The notes under the pieces were generated by a model. That model was not told where the DNA came from. It saw only the letters and a program-made list of their open reading frames with translations, and ran no database searches. A stretch of 64,000 nt of DNA, taken from Amoebidium appalachense. Its lineage: Eukaryota > Protista > Ichthyosporea. Positions 55,655 through 64,000 of the stretch are shown piece by piece. The DNA lies in assembly GCA_963693365.1 (NCBI GenBank), contig CAVNZM010000001.1, forward strand, positions 1,518,373 to 1,582,372. The letters run 5' to 3'. A program made the position numbers and the translations under genes. Numbering within the stretch: the stretch's first letter is position 1; each line of letters opens with the position of its first letter.

Positions 55655-56240
55655 TTATACATCTTGATATATGATGTGATCTATTTACATATCTTGATAT
55701 CTCATGTGAATATTTATATAACTTGATATCTGGTGTGATCTCTCTATATATCTTGATATCTGATGAAATCTATGTGATATATCGTGTGATCGTATCCATG
55801 GCTCATCCAATGAACTACCCCAAAAGCACTCTGCAACTGTATCCCGTGTCCTAACTGTCCGCTATGTAGAAAACCCTGACACCCGCATGCCCACAGCCGC
55901 ACATCATCCTATATACATCACACGACCGCAAAACAAGCATAAATACATATCCCAACCTGAAATATCTCATTCGATACATATCACACAGCTGACAGCACAA
56001 AAAACACACACGCGCATATCGCAACCCCAAATATCTCTTTCGATATATACGAACACAGCTAACGGTAAAAAAAAGCACACATTCAAATTCCAACCCTATA
56101 CCTCTCATTCGAAATATACCACACAGCTGACGGTAAAAGCACACATGCATATCCCGACCATAGAATATCTCCTAAGATATATTTACCACAGCTGACGGCA
56201 CAGAAAGCACACACACACAACCCAACCTGAAGTATCTCCT
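55655..56240. repeat. Two degenerate tandem arrays (~32-34 bp and ~65 bp units)
   Basis: TCTTGATATC..GTGATC repeats at 55655-55790; CACAGCTGACGG..GCATATCCCAACC..AAATATCTC repeats at 55895-56240. Confidence 0.75.
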
Positions 56241-56248
56241 TCGAACCA

Positions 56249-57028
56249 TCAACAATCCAATCCGGACATGGTCGCATGCATAAACTGGGCGCGTGTCACA
56301 CCCAAATGGGCAGCCAGCCGGATGCGCCTGTGGCGAGCCTTATCACCTCTTCCATTTTCATCCTCTGATCCAGAGGTGCTCGAGGCGTAGTCGGGGTCGT
56401 ACCGCCGAATGAGGGCACGCGACTTGTCATTGTTCCAATCGTTTTGGCGGCCTGCAGTTAAAAAAAAAAAAAAAAAAAACATTTCGCGTCTCTTGTTGCA
56501 CTCTTTCTAGAAGCACCCTTCCTTTTCAGCAAAGTGCCAAGGTTGGAAGGGTAAACAAAACAGGAACCCATCTTATTTGGAATTGTTGTCTTCCTGTCTA
56601 TCTACTATACTATATCCCCCAAACCCCCCTCCCCCCCTCCTCCCCCTCAACACAACAAATGACAATGTAACCAGTTGCTAAAGCACTTCAAAAGCAGAGT
56701 ATGGAAAGGGCGAGGGGTCGCAACACACCATTAGGAAGCGTCTCATTGCCAGCCACCATCAGGTGGTTAATCGATTTGGGGTACATGTCGCGGTCGGGAA
56801 CTTTCCCGTCTGGGAAAGGGACCAAAGCCAGGTCCTCATCACGCAGTGCCGTAGAATTCTTTGAGCGTGCCGTGTTGATCTTCAAGCTAACTGCCATTTC
56901 ATTTTGTGTTTCTTCGACACGGGTGAGCCGTGAACTGATGTCCTCAACAACTTGAAGTACTCTCTCGACACGGGTGACCCGTGAACTGATGTCCTCAACA
57001 ACTTGAAGTACTCTCTCCAGTGTATCTC
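56249..57028 (-). CDS. Small coiled-coil protein with Mug135-C (DUF1773)-like C-terminus; 5' end uncertain
   Basis: Exons 57028-56729 and 56451-56249 (GT-AG, phase 1). ...TARSKNSTALRDEDLALVPFPDGKVPDRDMYPKSINHL...SRALIRRYD...RRIRLAAHLGV. Family call is by remembered motif resemblance only. Confidence 0.7.
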
Positions 57029-57277
57029 CTGCAGCAGACGCACTGCACACACACTCTATATGAGTTGCATATGAAACATCTACCTTGATAACTTGCGTTC
57101 AAAAAGGCAAGGCAGTCAGGCCAGATATATAGGTCAAGAAGCACACACACACGGGCCATCAAGACAACATAATCGCAGAAAAGATAGTTGTGGTCTTCAG
57201 CAAGCTGCTTGAAACAGTCCCCCCCCCCCCCCCCCTCCCCCCACCCTTCCCCTCTTCCACCAATCCAATCCAGCTCC

Positions 57278-57312
<35 letters not shown>

Positions 57313-57889
57313 CCCAACCACCACCACCACCACCACCACCAGTTTCCAATTTTTGTTGTGTGTGTATATGGCCGCGCCACGCACTATCACGCGTGCGCAT
57401 CCGTGTGTGTGTGCATCGTGTTGACAGCTTCACGTTCAAAAGTGCAGGCCATAGGCCAGGTTGGTGGGCTTAGAGATGATAACAGTAGAACATGTTTCAA
57501 GTCCACAAATCGACTAGACACGTACACAAGCACATGTAACCTCACGTACACTAGAGGACTCTCATGCACACGGAAACATTAAGAGCAGCACAGGCGAGAA
57601 TACCAGTGGACCATTTGCGCAAGTCCGGTGCACTAACGGGTGGGTGGAAAAAAATGTCAGCAAGGCGACCACGACCAACACAGTCTTAGATATCTGTTAT
57701 ATATATGTCTTCCTCACAGGCAAAGCAAAGTTTTGGAGTAGCTGGAGAGACAAGCTTGCTTATACCTTTGGTTGTCCATTTTCGTGAAAGTTGGGCACCA
57801 AGTAAACAGCCAACGCTTGGGTCTTTGCAGTGCTGAGTTGGAACTGAGAAGGAATTTGAAAGTGCAGGTGCGTGTGTAAGTTAACGAGT

Positions 57890-57965
57890 CACCTTATGAC
57901 GTCACTCGATAAGATTTGAAGCAGGCCGCTTTTCGCGCCATTTTCCCCGGGCAGCGGCGGGCCTA
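57890..57965. promoter_or_regulatory. Possible (bidirectional) promoter
   Basis: CpG-rich patch with TGACGTCA (57897-57904) and TTTCGCGCC (57931) between divergent coding remnants. Confidence 0.3.
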
Positions 57966-58081
57966 AAAAAAAAAACCAAAACCGCTTTACAGGTATGGGC
58001 TTGCGCTTGTTTACTTCAGCTACTTCGGCATGTTTTCCTTTTTCTTTTTTCACATTCTAAACTGCGTCATTTATTCCATAG

Positions 58082-58853
58082 TTTACCTGGGCCCTACACC
58101 TGGGGAGCCTGGAGGCTCGGTGCTGTGTGTTTCTCTCGACAGCTAGAGGGTAACAATGAAACACATATGAGGGTGATGGGGAGAGAACAAGTGGACCCAG
58201 AATAGATAAGGCCTAAGAAGGGTGGGTGCGATAAAAGCAGGAGAGAGTTTACACCAAGAATGTCAAGTCAGCTTTTCGGGAATGAGAGGCCGGCAAGCCC
58301 ATAGCATCTACGCTGGTGGGCTGGGGAGGAATCAGGAACAACACAGGAATAGGTCGAGAAAAACCTTGAGGATCGGGAAGAATGTAGATAGTTGAGGCGG
58401 GGGGTGTAGGAATGGGAAGCAAGCCTTGGGTGAGGCCCGCGGAAAGGGAGGGTTGGGGGGAGGGGAGGCCCCCCGGGGGGGGGGAGGGGTAAGGGCTGCC
58501 TTTGCCAAGGTGTGCTGGCCGGAGGGCACGACGCAGTGCTGCGACTGTGGTCGAGTGTCGGTTTTTGTGTGCGTCTTATGGGTGCGTGCTCGTTTGCGTG
58601 TGCATAAATGGAGTGTCGGTGGACACGGATACGGGTGGGTGGGTCCGTACACTGTGTGTGTGTGCACTTGCATGCATATGTGTACGCGCGTGCGACGGTG
58701 CGTGTGTGCTAGCTTGTGCTTGTGTGCATTTTGATGGTTTGTTGTACATGTTTAGGCTGTTTATGTAGTATGTATACACGTGTGTGTTCTACTGTGTGTC
58801 ATAAGTGAATGCTATGGTAGCACATCTGGGATTTTGGACAAGCTAAGTTGATT
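58082..58853 (+). pseudogene. Decayed WD40-repeat gene fragments
   Basis: Exon-like pieces read GGSVLCVSLDS* (TAG 58144-58146), HSIYAGGLG (~58300), VLAGGHDAVLRLW (58512-58550) and HIWDFGQAKLI (58821-58853). Confidence 0.4.
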
Positions 58854-59319
58854 GTATGGCATCTGTATTTGGAGGTTCGCGAGTTTGTGTGTTCGCCAAC
58901 TTGATCTGAAGCGCACCCCGTTGGGGGAGGGGAGGGGGTTGGGGGGGAAAGGGGGGGGGGGGGGGGGGGGGGAGGGAGGGGGCGCTGGTTGCAGTAGAAC
59001 TTCAATTATGTGGCGGTGACCGAGGGCTGGGGATAGAGGGCCGGGACGTTAAAAAAGGTAGGGGAGGGGAATCGAGAGGGGGGGGGCCAGTCGACTGAGA
59101 GAGAAACCACCCTCGGAGCTAGCCTGTATAGGAAAGATGGGACCCTCCCACCCACCCCCCCCCCAACACCTCCCCATAAAGACACAATACCCTCAGGCCT
59201 CCCCTCCCCCCCCCCCCCCCCCCCCCCCCAACACACACACACACGCACACCACCACCACCAACACCACCAAAAGGAAAAATAACCAAAAAAACAAGTTCT
59301 CAACGGTGCACTCTTTCAG

Positions 59320-59483
59320 GATGTACGTGCGGAGCGTGTACGTGTTGAGAGTGGGCAGGCCAAGGGTGACGTGTGTGTCTTGAAGTCACTTGCCAAGACG
59401 TACTTTGGCTCATGTTGCACAGGCAGAGTATACGCTGTAAAAGATACATCAATTGGTATAAATGCTATCCCCAACCCCCACCC

Positions 59484-59566
<83 letters not shown>

Positions 59567-59680
59567 GTGTGTGTGTGTGTGTGTGCGTGTGTGTGCGCGC
59601 GCGTGTGTGCGTGTGTGTGCGCGCGGGCGCGCACGCGCGCGCACGCGTGTGTGTGTGTTTGTTATCTATCTGTGTGTGTG

Positions 59681-59742
<62 letters not shown>

Positions 59743-59759
59743 CCCCCCCCCCCCCCTCT

Positions 59760-59791
<32 letters not shown>

Positions 59792-60597
59792 GGCTCTCTC
59801 TCTCCGTTCTTTCTTACACTGTGTGAGTCTACACACTGTGTGGTTATCCTTTCGTCTCCCCATCCTTCCCTCCCTACCTCTCCTTTTGCTCTCTCGCTTC
59901 TCTGTATCCATTTCTCTCGCTGTCTTCTCTTTCTCTATCTCCCTCCCTCCGACCCCTCCTCCTTCCCTCCCTTCCCGTCCCTCCCTCCCTCCCTCCCTTC
60001 CTCCCCATCTCATTATGTACTCTCTCTGTTACTGACTGTCTCTGTTGTAATTTTTTTGGCCGTGGTGATATATTCCAATGTTGAATATCCCTGAAATCCC
60101 CTTTTTGAATATTCCAATGATGAATATGCTTGAAATCCCCTCTTTGAATATTCCAATGTTAAATATGCTTGGGGTTTACGCTGTTTACTCGAGGCAAAGA
60201 GAACCAGTCTCAAATATGCTTGAAATCCCCTTTTTCAATATTCCAATGTTGAATATGCATGAAATCCCCTCTTTGAATATTCCAATGTTAAATATGCTTG
60301 AAATCCCCTTTTTGAATATTCCAACGTTGAATATGCTTGAAATCCCCTTTTTGCATATTCCAATGTTGAATATGCTTGAAATCCCCTTTTTGAATATTCC
60401 AATGTTGAATATGCCTGAAATACCCTCTTTGAATATTCCAATGTTGAACATGCTTGAAATCCCCTTTTCTAATCTCTCCCTTTAAGATTTCAATGACACT
60501 GTGCTAATTCTTGGTTCAGGCACACCACGGGGTGAGTGTTTTGGTCTTCTCGGAGTGAACGGCGCAGGAAAAAGCACCACCTTCAAGATGCTATCCG
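59320..60597 (+). pseudogene. Orphan ABCA fragment equivalent to exons 35-36 (59320-59455, 60520-60597)
   Basis: DVRAERVRVESGQAKGDVCVLKSLAKTYF... and [23 protein letters not shown] with the same splice sites and homologous intron flanks out to ~60985; neighbouring ABCA exons absent. Confidence 0.85.
60068..60468. repeat. 36-bp minisatellite, ~10 copies with one interruption
   Basis: Unit approximately AATATTCCAATGTTGAATATGCTTGAAATCCCCTTTTTG. Confidence 0.9.
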
Positions 60598-60598
60598 G

Positions 60599-60630
<32 letters not shown>

Positions 60631-60686
60631 ACCTCTCCCCCCCCTCGGCCTCCACCTCTCTATCCCTGCCTCCCTCTCTCTCTCTC

Positions 60687-60731
<45 letters not shown>

Positions 60732-60987
60732 TTCTCCCCCCTCCCCCCCCCCTGCCATTCCGCCTCCCCCTCCCCTCCCGCTCCCCCCCCCCCCCACTCA
60801 CTCCCCCCCCCTCTCGCCCTCCTTCCCCCCGCCCTCAACCAAGCACACACCCCACCCCACCAAATCCTCCTCAACCCCATGCCCACACAAACAAATATTT
60901 ACAAATGGCCTCATATATGCTCGTGCAGGCTCTTTCCTAGGGTGAATCTCTTCCGAATTCTGTTAAAACGTTTATAGAAACCACCCC

Positions 60988-61018
<31 letters not shown>

Positions 61019-61022
61019 ACAC

Positions 61023-61455
61023 TTTGCGAAGTAGGGCATGGCACCATCCACAGGGCCCAGATATGCCGTGCTGCCCCCCCTAACCAGTAGAAGTAGCTCA
61101 TCCAGGATAGTGAAGATCTCAGAGCTGGGGGGTGGCTGGTGAGATGGAGAGGGTGCACAGTGTGTAACCCATACACAAAAGAAGGGGTCGCCCTAGATTA
61201 AGTTGTCTCTCAGATGACAAACACACGCCTGCACATGCACACAAGCACACAAGGCCCCTACCGTGGCTGGTGCAGCACGGCCACCACCGTTCTTCCACTG
61301 GCTGCCACCCTCTGCAGGCACCGCACACAGTCCAATGCTGATTGGCTGTCTAGCCCCGTGGTCGGCTCATCCAGAAACAGAAGGGAAGGGTTGCCGGGTT
61401 GCCCTGGGGGCGTTATTGGGTTACACATAGGCCAGAGGGAGGACGCATGCAGGTA

Positions 61456-61486
<31 letters not shown>

Positions 61487-61551
61487 ATACACACCACGAG
61501 CTCCATGGCAATGGACAGACGTTTCCGCTGGCCTCCGCTAATGCCACCTGT

Positions 61552-61583
<32 letters not shown>

Positions 61584-62537
61584 ATGAGTGTGTGTGTGCG
61601 TGCGCGCACGTGTGTGTGTGTGTGTGTCTGTGTCTGTGTGTGTGTGTGTGTGTTTGTGTGTTTGCGTGTATGAGTGTGTGTGTGTGTGTGCGCGCGCGCG
61701 CGTGTGTGTGTGTGCGTGTGTGTGTGTGTGTGTGTGCGCGCGCGCGCGTGTATGCGTGTATGTGCCGTCTGTGTGTGCGTGTGTGTGTGTGTGTGCGTGT
61801 GTTCGCGTGCCCACACGTTTGGGTGTGGGTGTGGGTGGGTGTGTTTTTGAGTGTGTGCAAGTGCTAAGGTGTGTTTGCGTGTCAGTGTATGCAGTGTGCA
61901 TGTGTGCCTGTATGTGTGTCTGCGTGTGTGTGTGTGCAAGTGTGACTGTGTGTGATGCGTGTGTGAATGTACTATATGCATATATGTATGAGCTCTGTGG
62001 GTATGTGTGTACGTGTCCGTACATGCATTTGTGGCTGCAGCCCTGTGCTGCGCAGATGCAAAGTGAAGGCGGCTTATGTCCAGACATTCTAATTTTTTTG
62101 TGTTTAGATAACTTGTGATATATTCAGGTTTGCATGCTCTGGTACCCCGTTATCCACATGCACGCATGGGCACAAGCAGCAACCTATGGAGCACATGCGC
62201 ACATGCATGCACTCTGGTGGCCACTAACACATACACACCTGGGTTCCTTCCTTCATACCCACAATACGGACACGCACACACGCGTGCGCACGCACACGCG
62301 CACGCACACGCACCCACGCATGCACGAGCACATGCACACGCACACGCGCACACGCACACGCACACGCACGCACGCACGCGCACGCACCCACGCATGCACG
62401 AGCACACGCACACGCACACGCACGCACGTGCACGTACGTGTGTACTCACCGCCTACAGGCCCATCTGTCGGGCCACTGCCTCCACCTGCTGCCGCCTGGC
62501 TGCTGGCCCCCAGCTGCCTGGCAGCCGCATGCAGGCA
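61023..62537 (-). pseudogene. ABCG: ABCG (White-like) NBD fragment
   Basis: Exons 62537-62450 (SACMRLP...VEAVARQMGL*, in-frame TAG), 61547-61495 ([17 protein letters not shown]), 61403-61262 ([17 protein letters not shown]...[12 protein letters not shown], 8-bp duplication at its start) and 61124-61023 (SEIFTILDELLLLVRGGSTAYLGP..AMPYF). No downstream exons. Confidence 0.85.
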
Positions 62538-62896
62538 CTGGGGGGGTAGGTGGGTGAGTGTGCCACGTGCATAGAAGGATGGCAAAAGTGGGGGGAGGAG
62601 GGGGGGGGGATGTGTGTGATTGCATCACATATGAAGGATGAAAGGATGAGCTTGGGCCAGGGATAGCACCATAGGTGTGAAAGCATCTAGTAGGATCCAT
62701 TCTCCCGAGAGTGGTAATCTGCATCACATGCAACTTAACCCCACTGCCGCCAGCCCCTTTGCCTGCTGACACCAAATAAATCAGTCCAATCACCATCTAT
62801 GCAATCGGCAGGCCCAGGGTTGCTCAGTGGCAGGCCCAGGGTTTCTCAGTGATTTAGGAGTTAATGATCATGGGTCAGAGGGAGAGGGGGGGGGAA

Positions 62897-62939
<43 letters not shown>

Positions 62940-62941
<2 letters not shown>

Positions 62942-64000
62942 TATGGCTTACCACATGCATTTCTGAAGTTAACTTTAAAATATGAAAGAAATTTTTTTTC
63001 CAACCATTTCACTTTAGCTATCCCACGTCCCTAGGTTCAAGTGACTTCGGAATTCAAATACAAGATGTACCTGCACAAACACTTGTTACCCCCCTCCCTC
63101 CCTCCCTCCGCCCCTCCCCCGTTCCTCAGGAACGCCCCCCTCTCTTCCTTTCCCCCTCCCCCCCCCCCCTCCCCCCGTTCCTCAAAAACACCCTCCCCTC
63201 CCTCCCTCCCCCCTCCCTCCCCCCCCCCCCCCCCCCCCCTGTTCCTCAGGAACGCCCCCCTCCCCCCCCTTCCCCCCCCCCCCCCCCCCCCCATATGGCT
63301 TACCACATGCATTTATAAAGTTATCTTTCTAATATGAATGATGTTTTATTCCAATCATTTAGATCTTCAGCTATTCCACGTAACTAGGTTCCTTCGGAAT
63401 TCAAATACAAGATGTACCTGCACAACCAATTGTTACCCCCCTCCCTCCCTCCCCTCCCCCCCCCCCCCCCCCCGTTCCTTAGGAACGCCCCCTCCTCCCC
63501 TCCGCGCCCCCTCCCCCTCCCCGCCCCCTCCCCCCCCCCTCCCCCCCCCCCCCCCCCCGTTCCTCAGGAACACCCCCCCCCTCCTCCTCCCCCCTCCCCC
63601 CCCCCCGGTTCCTCGGGAACGTCTCCCCCCCCACCTCCCCCCCCCGTTCCCCAGGAACGCCCCCTCCCTCCCCTCCCCCCCCCCCCTCCCTCCCTCCCCC
63701 CCCCCCCCTGTTCCTCAGGAACGCCCCCTTCCCCACCTCCCCCCCTTCCCTCCCCCCGTTCCTCAGGAACCTCCCCCTCCCCTCTTCTCCCCCCCATATG
63801 GCTTACCACATGCATTTATAAAGTTAACTTTGTGACTTGAATGATGTTCTATTCCGATCATTTAGATCTTTAGCTAGCACGCATCCCTATGTTCCTTCTA
63901 AATTCTGCCAGCGGTTACACGATGTACCTGCACAAGCAATTATTGCCAGTTTCATAGTAAATCCCCCCTCTCCCCCCCGTTCCCCAGGACCCCCATCCCC
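62940..64000. repeat. Higher-order tandem repeat (units start ~62940, 63292, 63795) with internal palindrome arrays
   Basis: CATATGGCTTACCACATGCATT...GATGTACCTGCACAA followed by C-rich blocks punctuated by GTTCCTCAGGAAC. Confidence 0.85.

Noticed and set aside
60078-60485. 135-aa repeat protein ORF
   Set aside because: Translation of the intronic 36-bp minisatellite.
59320-62537. Functional ABCA-ABCG fusion gene
   Set aside because: Opposite strands; the ABCG part has a stop and a frameshift.
62940-64000. CRISPR-like repeat-spacer array
   Set aside because: Repeats are too short, spacers are low-complexity, no cas genes, eukaryotic context.

Overview
Eukaryotic, intron-rich genomic DNA saturated with poly-C/poly-G, (CA)n and (CT)n tracts, so most of the ORF track is low-complexity noise. 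The organism cannot be identified from sequence alone; a unicellular opisthokont-like protist is my guess. Manual splicing gives: (1) 1-4.5 kb, a nest of Ty1/copia remnants in which one gag is interrupted by two independent solo LTRs and a 305-bp insertion that looks spliceable; (2) 4.7-9.6 kb, a 6-exon type I membrane protein with three Cys-rich (GLG1-like) repeats; (3) 12.1-53.9 kb, a full-length 45-exon ABCA transporter (~1690 aa); (4) 56.2-57.0 kb, a minus-strand coiled-coil/Mug135-C-like gene; (5) 58-62.5 kb, a mosaic of WD40-like, ABCA and ABCG gene fragments; plus MITEs and minisatellites. The most interesting signal is a dispersed, 5'-truncated repeat superfamily (two diverged families, more than 15 pieces), mostly bordered by poly-C. 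Both families share a covarying double-hammerhead-like RNA scaffold and may be endonuclease-less Penelope-like elements that insert into G/C homopolymers. Four +1 frameshifts in coding homopolymers suggest consensus errors, so homopolymer lengths should be treated cautiously.
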